Below are positions 25,368 through 37,231 of a stretch of 64,000 nucleotides of DNA, piece after piece. The stretch lies in the NCBI GenBank assembly GCA_965153285.1, contig OZ229117.1; one strand, given 5' to 3'. Origin of the DNA: Podarcis tiliguerta. Lineage: Eukaryota. How positions within the stretch are numbered: position 1 is the stretch's first letter; each line of letters starts with the position of its first letter. The position numbers and the translations under genes were made by a program. A model generated the notes under the pieces. That model made no database searches. It was not told where the DNA came from and was given only the letters and a program-made list of their open reading frames with translations.

Positions 25368-25524
25368 GGCCTGAGGGATAGCTCAGTTGGTACAGCACGA
25401 GACTCTTAATCTCAAAGTTGTGGATTGCGGGTTCAAGCCCCACCCTTGGCAAAAAGATTTCTGCATTGCAGGGCGCCGAACTAGATGACCCTTGTGGTGC
25501 CTTTCCTACCCTACAATTCTATGA
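25368..25524 (+). mobile_element. tRNA-Lys(CTT)-headed SINE with CR1-derived tail
   Basis: TAGCTCAGTTGGTACAGCACGAGACTCTTAATCTC...GGGTTCAAGCCCCAC, then ATTTCTGCATTGCAGGG...ACTAGATGACCCTTG...CTACAATTCTATGA. Confidence 0.85.
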
Positions 25525-26141
25525 CTAAAATAAATTTGGCAAAATAGGAAGGTGAGGTCATACCTCTTCGACAAAGTGCTGAAGAGGGACAGTGTAGAAA
25601 GTGAAGTTGACAAGGCAGCAAGTGAAATTCAGTGTTAAATTGAGCAGGCAGCTTCATACCCAAACCAAACACCTGGATTATCGTACCTGCAATGTATAGT
25701 AGGCGTGTTCACAGGGGGCCGTTGGCTGCTGCAAAAGTCACTCCTGACCAGTGGTACTTTGGCATTGTATCTCCCCCCCCCCCCCGCCGCCCCAATATCT
25801 AGCAGTAGTTCATTCCACATCTCTTCATCCCCATAACACTCTGGATAGTTTTACAGTGAGATTTAATACTACTGCTAACAAATAATAACAATAACAACAA
25901 CAATAATAATACTTTTTTCCAGCTGGGGCAGGAATAGTGTCCAACCTATTATCTCTATAATAATGAAGTACTAGTAGCCTCTTGTTGATGGTGCCTCTCC
26001 ATGAAAGAAGCATTCTGTTGCAGACAATAGAATATGGTTGTGGTGTGTGTTTTGATTGCGAGATTGTGTGGGTGTGCTGCCCATGGCAGTTTCTCCAGTT
26101 TGCAAATGTGCTCATGGGTTGGCAACCCCTCTGGTAGGGTA

Positions 26142-26505
26142 AAAAGGTAAAGGTAAAGGTACCCCTGCCCGTACGGGCCAGTCTTGACAGACTCTAGGGT
26201 TGTGTGCCCATCTCACTCAAGAGGCCGGGGGCCAGCGCTGTCCAGAGACACTTCCGGGTCACGTGGCCAGCGTGACATCGCTGCTCTGGCGAGCCAGAGC
26301 CGCACACGGAACGCCGTTTACCTTCCCGCTAGTAAGCGGTCCCTATTTATCTACTTGCACCCGGGAGTGCTTTCAAACTGCTAGGTTGGCAGGCGCTGGG
26401 ACCGAACAACGGGAGCGCACCCCGCCACGGGGATTCGAACCGCCAACCTTTCGATCGGCAAGCCCTAGGTGCTGAGGCTTTTACCCACAGCGCCACCCGC
26501 GTCCC
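26142..26505 (-). mobile_element. Full-length Sauria (Squam1) SINE with target-site duplication
   Basis: Head GGGACGCGGGTGGCGCTGTGGG, B box GGTTCGAATCC, (ACCTTT)n tail; TSD TCTGGTAGGGTA at 26130-26141 and 26506-26517; many intact CpGs. Confidence 0.93.
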
Positions 26506-27520
26506 TCTGGTAGGGTAGGACGTGCCATTTTAGGGAGCGAACCTTCATTTTTGCAAATTTCTTCAGCAAAGTCTACATTTGCATAAGCTGCTTTCGGAAA
26601 ACCAAAGAATTTTAATTTTACCTTCTGAAAATGTCATGTCATGCTACATAGTGTTAATAATAAATAATATAACTGCAAATACTTGGCAATCATTTTTAAT
26701 GATTTCTTTGCCATTGCACACACATTTTACTTCCCAAGCATAGAAATCATATTAATTTAACCAAAATACCTTTTGAATTCACAAGTCATGTAGCAACTAA
26801 ATTTTGAAAGCTGAAAAAATCAACATGCCCTAGTGGTAGGGGTCTTTGGATCGCCACCTCAGTGGCAGTCCATACAGGAAAGGTTTTACATAAGGCATTT
26901 TTATCAACTGATGTTTTATTTGAGAGTACAGTGGGAGAGGCAAACACACACAAGGAGCAGGACAGCAGCCCGAAGTGGGTGGAGGTCTGCTAGTGTGGTG
27001 CATGTGTTACAAAAGCGCAACACTGAGGACAGCTCCTAAGTCCTGCCTTTAGGCAATGGTCTGGATGCAGCCTGAGGCTGAGAGACAGTCATTTCCCCAA
27101 GACCATCTGGAGAGTTTGTGGCAGGGGCAAGATTTGTGCCAGCATCTTCCTTACCCACTGTGCCGTCTTGGCCTCACACAGATAACACATTTTCCCAAGG
27201 CTCTCTTTCCACCCACCCAGGAAAAGGCAGCCTCCAGCTCTCAGAGAGCTTTCAATCCAGGCCTGGGATTGGCAGAGCAGAAGCAGGCACCTGCTGATTT
27301 CCCTGACCCTACCTGAGCAGGCCCTCTGACCCCCATTGCCAGCAGCCCCGAGGCCTCTGCTGCTTAGGGATCTGGTTCTCCGTCTCTGGGGCTTTGCTGG
27401 CAGCCCCGCTTCCCTTAGCCGACTCGCCAGAAGACAGACTCCCCATCCGCCTGCTGGCAGCCCAGCGAGGCAGGAGACCCTGGCTTGGTCTGCCGTGGAA
27501 GGAGCCTCTTTTTCTATATG

Positions 27521-27684
27521 NNNNNNNNNNNNNNNNNNNNNNNNNNNNNNNNNNNNNNNNNNNNNNNNNNNNNNNNNNNNNNNNNNNNNNNNNNNNNNNN
27601 NNNNNNNNNNNNNNNNNNNNNNNNNNNNNNNNNNNNNNNNNNNNNNNNNNNNNNNNNNNNNNNNNNNNNNNNNNNNNNNNNNNN
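27521..27684. other. Assembly gap (164 N)
   Basis: Run of N. Confidence 1.
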
Positions 27685-27734
27685 GACGGATGGGGGTGAC
27701 CTGAATTCTCTGCCCTCCCTCCCTCCCGCTCGGG

Positions 27735-27850
27735 ACGTTTATGTCACTGTAATCTCCTTACAGCGGCTGGTGCGCATTTGTTTGAAATAATCAAGGAAAT
27801 ATGGTCAGAAATTGTCAGCTTTCAGATCTAATTTACCTGACAGCCTTGTG
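27735..27850. promoter_or_regulatory. Putative conserved enhancer block
   Basis: Several TGTCA/TGACAG (MEIS/TALE-like), TAATC and CTAATT motifs. Confidence 0.4.
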
Positions 27851-27860
27851 CAGGCCAGGA

Positions 27861-27864
27861 TGCG

Positions 27865-27949
<85 letters not shown>
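27861..27949. repeat. Compound (TG)n(AG)n microsatellite
   Basis: Direct reading. Confidence 0.98.
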
Positions 27950-27953
<4 letters not shown>

Positions 27954-28544
27954 GTGCACATTAAATTCAGACACTCGTGATCGTGTTCTCTTGTGCATTG
28001 TAGAGAGCACCTCTCTTTTCTTGTACCATTTTAAGCTGAGAGGCTCCTTGCTACCTCCAGTGAGGGTCAAGAAACATTTAAGAAAGTTTGCCAATTTTCG
28101 GAGAGTCCTGCCTCCTCTTTTGCCCTCCGCCCTTCACCCCTCTGCTTTTCCTCTTCCTCTCCCCACCCCTCCTGCCTCCTCATCCCTCTGCTATAACCAG
28201 CTTTAGGGTTTAAGGAATATAGGATTAAGAGAGGTGGCTGTAATTCTGTATTCCAGATGGCTGGCAACCGCTAAATCCACTGTCACAAATACCTCAGTTT
28301 TAAAAATACTTACAAATTAGTTCCTTTTTTGTTTCTCAAGCTTTGCCCGGGTTCTGGAAGAGTTGCGAAAGCAAAGCACCTCTAATGATGTGACCTACTG
28401 AGGTCAAGAAGGGATTCTTCTCTTCCTCTTCTTCCTCCGCTCCCCGGGCCAATCCTCAATTTTTATTTTCCAATTCTGCTTAATCCAGGGCAGCACAGGA
28501 ACTGTTGCAACCAAGGCAAGATTGGTTCGAGTAGCCAAGTCTCT

Positions 28545-28655
28545 TTCAGAATACTTATAAAAATTAAAAGACCCACTCCTGTACTTTTATTACAAAATTG
28601 CAGCCTGATAATTAGCGTCAAGATGCTAATTTGAGTCATTGGCATGACGGCCTAT
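28545..28655. promoter_or_regulatory. Putative conserved enhancer block
   Basis: TTATAAAA, TTTTATTAC (CDX/HOX13-like), GATAATTAG, CTAATT and TGAGTCA. Confidence 0.4.
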
Positions 28656-29861
28656 GGTGGTTTTGGATGTGTGTGTACGTACGAAATCAAAGAAAAAACT
28701 GTTTTATTGCCTTATGCGCAAGAAGCAAGCAGGTGAGCTGGCATCACTCAGCTCACTTGTGCTTACCAACCTGAACTATAAACCCAGCTGTTTTCATCCT
28801 GACCTGATCTCACCTCCTAGGCATCCTCCGTATCCCTCTCGTGAGTCCTCGTGCCCCTGGGAGTGCAAATCAGCCATGTCTTGCCCAGCTGGGAATGGCA
28901 ATTTTAAGGAGGCTCTTTTGCTGACGTTTCAAAGTGTGTCCAGTGCTGGCCTAGACGGGTCAACCCCTGTTCAAATCTCAGGCCTGTCAACTAAAGGGAA
29001 AATGGGAACAGGACACTATTAAGCAGGGCTGCAGCATTGATTGATATATTTATCCCGTCAAGCTCTGGCTGATTAATCCACAGAGGCCACTTTTTCAGCT
29101 GGCAAAGCCCTGTGTTTAACCAGCAAGCCTGTGATTTTAGAAGTGCGCTTGTGGGCACGGAAGCAAGCCCTTTCAGGGTCCCTTCTCTTCTCCTTGGCTT
29201 TCTCCAGAGCCGAACTGCTTCAGGAAGGCTGGAGGAGAGGACAGGTATGTGACTTTGCACCCATGGACCCAGAAGTCACAGAAGGTGGCCATTTCCTGGC
29301 TGTGGGTGGCTGCTTCCAGCTCACCATTGCTGCTTTCCTCTCTGCAGCCTCATTTCTCACCAAGCAACTGAGCTTCAGAAAAGGCCATGGGGGAAGAGGA
29401 CAGATCCTGAAAGGAGAAACGGCTGCCAGGGGGGCTGCAACACTGGGAGTTGCTCTGGGCAAAGGTTGCCCAAGCTGGCTGTTGATCCAAGGTCTTGCGT
29501 TACGTGCAGTCAACCCCAGGGCAGGTCTGAACAAGCCAGCAATTCTCTTCTTATTTCCCACCGATGCTGCTAGGAGCAAAAGCCTAAGAAATAACACAGG
29601 CTGCTGGAAGGAGATTGCAAGGGGAGCTGCGGCGGGTGCCGTAGCACCTGCCTGTGCAAGAATAAATTGAAAATGGGGCTCGCGTTTTTTGCATCCCCTT
29701 TTCAATGGTAAGCAGCATTTGCATGAGTGCGAGAGAAAAGATTGGGGTGTAATTTGCCGTCTCCCAGAACCTGCTCCTCTACTTGTATTCCTATTTGGCA
29801 GCTTTGTTTATATGACATTGAGGAGCGAGCCAGGATCCAGAATGCCACTGTCCAGGCCTAA

Positions 29862-30033
29862 GGCTCTGTACATACTATGCTTTGAAAGCACATTGCTTCC
29901 CCCAAAGAATCCTGGGAGCTGTGGTTCAGCTCTGGCACAGCAACGATTCCAAGCACCCATTTCAGAGTACAGTTCTCAGGATCCTTTGGAGAATGTCTTG
30001 CTCTTTAAAGCCTTGCGCTTTATCCAGGCAGCT
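29862..30033. mobile_element. Decayed Harbinger-like palindromic MITE
   Basis: CCCAAAGAATCCTGGGAGCTGT...ACAGTTCTCAGGATCCTTTGG; same family as 57863 and 62567. Confidence 0.55.
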
Positions 30034-30214
30034 GCAATGCCACAGTTTGTCGAAGAAGCCATCCTTTAAGAGGTTGCCAAGATGTTGTGTTCTTTTTAGG
30101 GCTGTCACCCCCCATGACTGGCACAGGCAGGACACATTATGCAAAAGTAATAAAATATAGGCAAGTTGGCATGATGTGTGCTGGCCCACTTTTCTTGACC
30201 CAGCATGCTAGGAG

Positions 30215-30385
30215 CACAGGATACTATTTGTCCATCTAGCTTAACATTGCTTACTCTGACGGGCAGCATTGCTGCAGGTTGTCAAACAAAGAAGGGTCTT
30301 TCCCCCATCATCTGCAAACTGGCTTCTCAGCTGGAGATGTTTAGGGATTGAACATAGGACTTTCTTCATGCACAGGATGTGTTTG
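30215..30385 (-). mobile_element. Squam3-like SINE (decayed)
   Basis: GTCCATCTAGCTT...CTGGAGATGTTTAGGGATTGAACATAGGACTTTCTTCATGCA. Confidence 0.6.
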
Positions 30386-31107
30386 ATTGCCTGGATGCAG
30401 AATTTTTATTTTATCTGCTGGTTTCCAACACGATGGCAGTCTTAGTCCTGCACCCTCCACACCCTGGTAATCTTGGCTGATGATGGGGAGTTTGGAATAC
30501 CCCACAGGCCCTAGTTGTCAAAAGCAATAGGAACCTTTGCTATCCATCCTCCCCATTCCATCTCATCTTTAGCTATCCTTTAAATGTATCCTTTTATTAA
30601 GCACATCCTGGACAAAGCACACCCCAATCTCTCTCCTGTAAGAGCGTCAGAGAAACCCACCATCTTCTCCCAGCTTCATTAATTCCGAACACGCACCCCC
30701 CCAAAATGCCATCTCCCCGTAGTTTCTAGGGCTGCCTTCAGCTAACGTTGGGCTCGTTACACAGCTTATTAAATCAGCACCTTTGAGGACCTTTGAGGTG
30801 AATTCAGACTCATAACAGCAGATTCCACCCACCCACCTCCTGATCAGTGCCCCCCTCCCCTCTTCCTTGCATCAAGCAATTGATGATGTTTTTTTAAAAA
30901 AACAGATGATTTTTTTTAAAATAAATCTCCATTGGTAATTGCCTGGGAAGTAGCTTTTTTTAATACTCTTCTGTGGCTCTGTCAAGTCACTTTCCCCACC
31001 TTAGTAAAAGTGAATAGGTTTCACTCTAGGCTTGCAAATAGCCACTCTCTTGGTTGCCTGTGGCAAGTGAGAATTTCCTCCAGCCACACTGGCAGAGAAA
31101 CAGTGAG

Positions 31108-31286
31108 AGAGCATCTCCTTCACATGCAGAAGGTCCCAGGTTCAATCCCTGGCAGCATCTCCAGGTAGGGCTGGGAGAGACTCCCTACCTGAAACCCCAG
31201 AGAACTGCTGCCAGCCAGTGTAAACAGTACTGAGCTAGATGGTTTGTTCCAGGGACCAACTGCAATCCCCCAGGCCTCCCTATGTG
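31108..31286 (+). mobile_element. Squam3-like SINE
   Basis: AGAGCATCTCCTTCACATGCAGAAGGTCCCAGGTTCAATCCCTGGCAGCATCTCCAGGTAGGGCTGGG. Confidence 0.8.
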
Positions 31287-32324
31287 CAGGACTCTTCCCT
31301 TGGGATGCATCCCTTCTCCCCAGGCCAAAGCTTTGCACAATTTGTGCCTGCCTGGATTGCGCCATTGAGCTGTGACAATACCTCTGGCTTGCCTGGGCGA
31401 AAAAGTGTATGTTTAGAAAACCTCTGACTTTTTACAAAGCTGGAACATAGCCCACTACACAGAGGCTCTGCCCATTTTTCCCTCTAGCTCCATCCAGAAT
31501 GGGCTTGTGGCCCCCAGAAGCATGTTCACAGGGGGAATGTGGCCCTCTGGCTGGAGGAAGTCCTCTACTCCTGTTTTATTCCCTAGAATTGCAGCTGAGT
31601 CATAGGATCCTCTCCACCCCTTGAGGAAGGTCTTCTCCCTCTAGAAAGCAGGCAGAAGGGGGCTGGGATATTTCACAGCTTTCCATAAACTCTTTTCGTA
31701 GTCCCGGGATTTCAAGGTTTTAGGTGTCTGGCTAAATTGCTGCCACAGAAATATATATACTGTACACCCCAAGCCTGCCCTTGTTTGTGGGAATGCAGCC
31801 TTGGGGCAAATGCTGGCAGAGATCTTTTGGGTCTACTCAACAACAATGTTCCCATCCCCCTGCCGCCTCTGCCTTTTCGACTCAGGATTTACAAATGAGC
31901 AGCAAGACTTTCCGAGGCTTAATTATTGTTTTTTCTTCCCTCCCTCACCCCCACTTGCCATTGTCGCTGATGACCTATTTACAAAATGGAAGCCAGGAAA
32001 CAAGGCCTAGATAATTGTCTTGCTTCCTTCTGCGAAGAGTTGAAGGTCCCAATCCATGCTTTGCCCCCAACCCTACCCCAAGGTGTGCAAGCACTCCCAG
32101 GAGACAGTCGAAAGCTTCCTGCCTGTGTATGTTTAAAAAGATTTCAGGGGGGCGACTAAGATCTCAGTGTTTTACCAGCCTTGCTTTTCTTCCTGACTGT
32201 ACAGTTGCATGATTTCAGAGCTGTTTCCCAGCAAAGCTAGTGTTACGCTTAGACCCCTTGAAATGAATGTACATGACTATCACATCAGTACAGTCAATGG
32301 TCAGGGATGAGACACTTGCAATAC

Positions 32325-32432
32325 GCAGTGGAACAGGTTCCCATGAGAGGTGGTGGAGTCTCCTTCATTTAGGGTTTTAAGCAGAGGTTGGATGGCCATT
32401 TGTCATGTATGATCTAGTTGAGTTTCCTGCAA
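32325..32432 (+). mobile_element. CR1 3' fragment
   Basis: GTGGTGGAGTCTCCTTC...GTTTTAAGCAGAGGTTGGATGGCCAT. Confidence 0.75.
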
Positions 32433-32542
32433 CTAGTTTGAGAACCGCTGCTATGGAAAAACGCCTCTTGGTCTCCAGTAATGGATGAATCCACATTAAG
32501 TCAACTGCCTCATCAGTGTTTGACTGTGCCCTAAGTGACATT

Positions 32543-32810
32543 TCATAGAATCATAGAGTTGGAAGGGACCCTGAGGATCACCTAGTCCAGTGTTTCCCAA
32601 ACTTGGGTCTCCAGCTGTTTTTGGACTACAGTGCCCATCATCCCTGACCACTAGTCCTGCTAGCTAGGGATGGTGGGAGTTGTAGTCCAAAAACACTGGG
32701 AAACACTGATCTAGTCCTACCCCCTGCAATGCAGGAATATGCGACTGTCCCTTATGGGGATTGAACCTGTAACCTTGACGTTATCAGCACCACACTCAAA
32801 CCAACTGACC
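32543..32810 (-). mobile_element. tRNA-Ile/CR1-tail SINE interrupted by a hAT MITE
   Basis: Tail TCATAGAATCATAGAGTTGGAAGGGACCC; head GGGGATTGAACCTGTAACCTTGACGTTATCAGCACCAC. Confidence 0.85.
32588..32708. mobile_element. hAT (Charlie-type) MITE nested in a SINE
   Basis: Perfect 11-bp TIRs CAGTGTTTCCC/GGGAAACACTG; 8-bp TSD ACCTAGTC/ATCTAGTC. Confidence 0.9.
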
Positions 32811-33289
32811 AGTGGTACAACCCCCACCTTAACTGATGCAGATGACTCATGTATGGGACTTGGCTGCTGTTATTGAGGGACCTTAAGGCCCGTTCTGGCT
32901 CAGGCCCACATCTGCCAAGGTTTCTCCAGGGTTCATTCTGCCTCCCACAAAAGATGCAGATCTATTCCAGTATCACACAAACAGACACAAACACAGCCTC
33001 CATGCCAGAGGTTCGTCCCCACCCCAAGCTCCTTTGCATTTTGCCCTGGCAACTGACTGAATACTTGGGCTTCCTTTCTCCATCAGCACTCCCTTTGCGC
33101 TCCCCCCCCCACCGCCAGCTCCCTTCTACCGATCATCCCCTCTGGTTTCATAGCCATTTTTTTCCTGCCAGCTCAGGGTATTGGGAACAACAACAAAATA
33201 AAACAACAACAACACACACACACATATTTTTTTTTTTGCTGGGATTGCCAAAAAACCCAGCGTGCTCTACGACTCCCCAAACATCCCTT

Positions 33290-33620
33290 TATTTTTATTG
33301 TTCTGTTAATTACTGTTTAAACTTTAATAAGTCACTTTGTCAGGAAGGGGGGGACCTGCGGCGAGGTTTCTGTGCAAACACTGGGCCCAACGGTGACTCT
33401 GGTGTAACATAACCCTTTATACAATGTGGGAATGTTTAGACTGGAACAGAAACTTGTTATTTTAATGACAGTTAAAAGTAAAAAAAAAAAAAATGAAAAG
33501 AAAGGCAAATGAAAGGAGGAAGTGAGCTTGATGGGAGAATCACTCCTCTCTTTCTCTCTTGCCCTCTTGCTGGCATTTTTCACAGCTTGTTTTCTTCAAA
33601 TGTGCCATTGGCAGGCAGAT
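33290..33620. promoter_or_regulatory. Putative conserved non-coding block
   Basis: TTTTTATTG, TTAATTA, ACAATG (SOX-like) and TTAATGACAG motifs; TE-free. Confidence 0.35.
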
Positions 33621-33932
33621 GAATGATCTGCCCCAACTAGCTGGAGCGCTTTGAACATCCCTTAATGCAAGTAACAGGGTATCTGCATCAGAAGAACATA
33701 AGAGCCTGTTGGAATCTCCCAGTGGCCAACCAGTTTCCCCCATGGGAATCCTGCAAGCAGAAACTGATCCCAACATCACTCTCTCCACTTGCAATTCCAA
33801 GCAGCTGGTATTCAGAGGCATACAGCCTCGGACAGTGGATGGAGAACACACCCATCATGGCTATTAGCTATCAATAGCCTTCCCATCCATGAATTTGTTT
33901 CATTCTCTTTTGAACAAGTCTGGTGGCCATCA

Positions 33933-34100
33933 GGACATGCATGCAGAAGGTCCCAGGGTCAGTGCCTGGCATCTCCAGGAAAGGCTGGCTGTGTCCCCTG
34001 TCTGAAACCCTGGAAAGCTGGTGCCAGCCAGTGTAGACAATACTGAACTAGATGAACCAATGGCCTGATTGGGGCTAAACCAGCTGCCTGCTTTCCTATG
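33933..34100 (+). mobile_element. Squam3-like SINE adjoining a CR1 fragment
   Basis: GCATGCAGAAGGTCCCAGG...GCCAGTGTAGACAATACTGAACTAGATG. Confidence 0.75.
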
Positions 34101-36131
34101 CTAAACCAGAAAGGGTGGGGATGATACTCACTTTGCATTGTGCTGTGTTAAAAGAGCCCCTGAACCCTTGACTGTCTTTTGTGCCTGGGGTTTAAGCTAC
34201 ATCATGCCACTCTGCCTTGAATTCACCACGCGTCTTGCAGTCATATCCACTTCTGTCTCCTTGTGAGTTGCCAAATACTTGCAGTAGTACCTGTTTCTGC
34301 CAGCATGGGGGGGTTGCCCTGTGGGGGAATGACATTCTGGATGCATGCATACATGCTTGCTTGCTTTTAAAAATCAGGATACACATTGCCTGCAGCTGAG
34401 CCCCCTAAAAGCTACCATGAAACACCAGCCCACAAGGCCAAGTGTCTGGGCCCCAGAACCAGCAGTCAGGGGGGTGGGCTAGCATGTCTTGCAGTTTAGC
34501 TGAATTAAGGACTACCATGTTTCTTTCATCCTACCTACCCTTCAAGATGCTTCCTAGAACATTTAATCAGGTGGTGGGACGTAACGTTGACCTTTTGGTA
34601 TTTCTATGACATATACCGGCACAAAGGGAGGAAGTGGTCATACTTGCAGAACCCTCTAAAAAACAATAGTGACCCACCCAAATGCAGAATTATTTACTGG
34701 GCGGATCTTGTTTTGGTGTTAGTGGTGTTTCAGAGCTGCCAAAGTTGCCCACGAAGCTCTTGGCAACCCTACAGCACTGAAGTCACCTCCACGTTGAGCC
34801 GGCTATTTTTATCCCCCGGCTATAGATAGGCAGTAAAGTCAATGGATATATATGATTTGGAAATGTTCAACTTTGGCTGACCTCCTTTGAGTAGCTGAGT
34901 TAAACTGGCCAAAATCAGGGCAATATCATGCTTGGTGGGATTCAGGAGATTTTAAAAAATTGGGCAGTCTATAGGTGACAGACATACATCCTTTGCATTT
35001 GCACACCACGAGGGTCAGATCTGGCCCGCAGGGTACGTTTCTTCCGACTCATGAAGTTTGCCTTCGTACTGTGGTTTGGGCTGCAGCACAAAGTCCAGTC
35101 TGTGCTTCTGCTTGCCCTCCAGTTCAGCAGGCAAAAATCAGCACCATCCCAAGTCCCTGGGGACCTTGCACATCCTACAGAGCAGTAATGTTTCCTTCTC
35201 TCGCACTGATGTAACTTCTGACACCTTTGCCAAAAACTGTTAGCTGGTCTAGAGAGCATGGCTGCACATCACCCGTTTCTCCTGCAGCCCTCTTCAAGAA
35301 TTAGTTATAAAAAGTTAGTAAAGAGCTAGTAAATTAGTAAACACATGAGAAAGGGCAGCAGGGCCAGGCACATTACACCTGGCCCTGCTCCCTGTGCATT
35401 GGAGATCCCTGGTAAATTAAGATGCTAAAACATTTCCCCTGACTCTTGGCCTTGCTTGCAGGGGCTGATGGGAGTCCAACATCAACTGGGTTGGGGTGGA
35501 GGCTGGCCTACTAACCCTCTAGAAAGCAGAGGATAAACTCTGCCATATTCTCTACATAATGCTCAAATGCAACACGGTATTCCCGTTAATAAGGAAATCT
35601 GTGGACTTGAAGTGGGATGGCGAAGCTGGCTAAAGAGGTGACAGCCTGTGCCTTAGCACACCAGTGTCTAGAACCGTTGACCTGCCTTTTATCCAGAATC
35701 CTGCCTCCCTCCGTTCCATTCTCTGGATTCCCAGCTTGGTGGAAGGAAGCAGTTTGCAGGCAGAAATGTAGTCGCTGTGAGTTGGCTGTGGTGGTCTAGT
35801 TGCAAAGTTTTCAAGCACTCTAAATGCACACGGCTAAAAATGCACAAACTGGCAAGATTGCAGTGGTCTGAGGATCTATGGACCTTGTGTGCCGATAGAA
35901 TATTCTGTGCAGCAAGAGGGCGGCTGATTAAGAGGAAGCTGTCTATTCAGTGTGACAATATGGACGAGGCTTTGTAACGATGTCCAGTATCTAGGTGCCT
36001 GTTTTTGGAGGGACGTCAAAATGTTAGATGTTAAAAACACCCAATATTTCCATGGACTGTTTTCTCAGTCCAGTTGCTTCTCTGGGTCTGACTTCATCCT
36101 TGCCTACTCCTGTGCACTCTCTTCCCCACAA

Positions 36132-36132
<1 letters not shown>

Positions 36133-36163
<31 letters not shown>
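36133..36163. repeat. (CA)n microsatellite
   Basis: Direct reading. Confidence 0.97.
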
Positions 36164-36165
<2 letters not shown>

Positions 36166-36309
36166 ACTTCCTGCCCCCTTGCAGTTTTGCTGCCCTCCCC
36201 ACGGCCAGTGTGGGTCACTTTGGCCAGAGAGTTTTGCTCAAGGATAGAGCCCCCCTGGACGAAGGCGAAGAGCCACTCCGTGTGTGTGTATAAATATATA
36301 TATAAATAT

Positions 36310-36473
36310 ATATATAAAATGCTGAGGTTTTATTTTTCCGTACTGCGCGTTTCCCTAAATTGCCTTTGACTGTGTGCATCGCTAATGAAAGTTTATGCCC
36401 TTGTTAGAAGGACAGCCAGGTCCGTTCCAGTTAGGGTTGGGTCTGTCTTACTGCCAACTGCCCTCCCCAGCGC

Positions 36474-36536
<63 letters not shown>

Positions 36537-36850
36537 TTGCATACATGCACATTCTCTCCCCAGTGAATCAGTGGAGGCTGTTATAAAAGGGGAGGGGGGA
36601 GGAAAAAAAATTCCCTATTTGTGTAAGTTGCTTTAAAAAGGTTTTATCATGTCATAAAGAAAAGGGGAAGTACTCTCGGAAATTGATCCTGCACACAAGT
36701 CCATCGGGCAGAAGGACGTTAGGATGTTAATGGCCATTTTGCTCCGGGGTGGCTTATTAAAAAATTTATACGTAAATGCTTAAAATTGCATAAATTATTT
36801 AAAAAAAACATAGTAAGCAATTTGCAAATTGCACTTCACTTTCCCCCTCT
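36310..36850 (+). promoter_or_regulatory. Conserved-looking block with TATA-like motif; candidate internal promoter or enhancer
   Basis: TE-free; TATAAAAG at 36582-36589; GTCATAAA, TTAATGG, TTTATACG and POU-like motifs. Confidence 0.45.
36476..36536. repeat. Compound (CT)n(CA)n microsatellite
   Basis: Direct reading. Confidence 0.97.
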
Positions 36851-37231
36851 CTTTCTCTTAATTTCTCTTCATGTGGTTTAAAAAATATATATGTGTGTGT
36901 GTGTGTGTTATTAAAGAAATATAGCCTTCTTGGGTTGCTGATGTTGTTTTTCTCCTTTTAGGGTTCTCTCTCCCCACCCCCTTCCAACACCTTTATCCAA
37001 AATGGTTTATATCAGGGGTTTGGTTTTGAGCTTTTCTTTTTAAGCTTTTTCCAAGCCCGAAGTTAGGATTGGATTTTTTTCCTCTTTTTTTAAGGAAAGA
37101 AAAAAAGAGAGAGGTGGGGGAGGTAAAAGAAAGAAGTTTCGATGTGATGAGTGTCTTTTGCCAGTGTGGAATGTCACCCACACATCCTGGAGATCGTACT
37201 GGGGAGGTTTATGATGGTTTCCCATTGATTT

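Noticed and set aside
25368-25450. tRNA-Lys-like and tRNA-Ile-like sequences (also 21922-21995) as tRNA genes
   Set aside because: Acceptor stems are broken, insertions are present and each is fused to a CR1 tail; these are SINE heads.
29131-29705. Overlapping 179-aa and 161-aa ORFs, and other ORFs over 150 aa such as 32849, 55928 and 63027
   Set aside because: No recognisable homology or domain, mostly non-ATG starts; expected by chance in intronic DNA of this GC content.
37143-37231. GTGATGA box C suggesting a C/D snoRNA
   Set aside because: No CTGA box D or terminal stem in the called bases before the gap.
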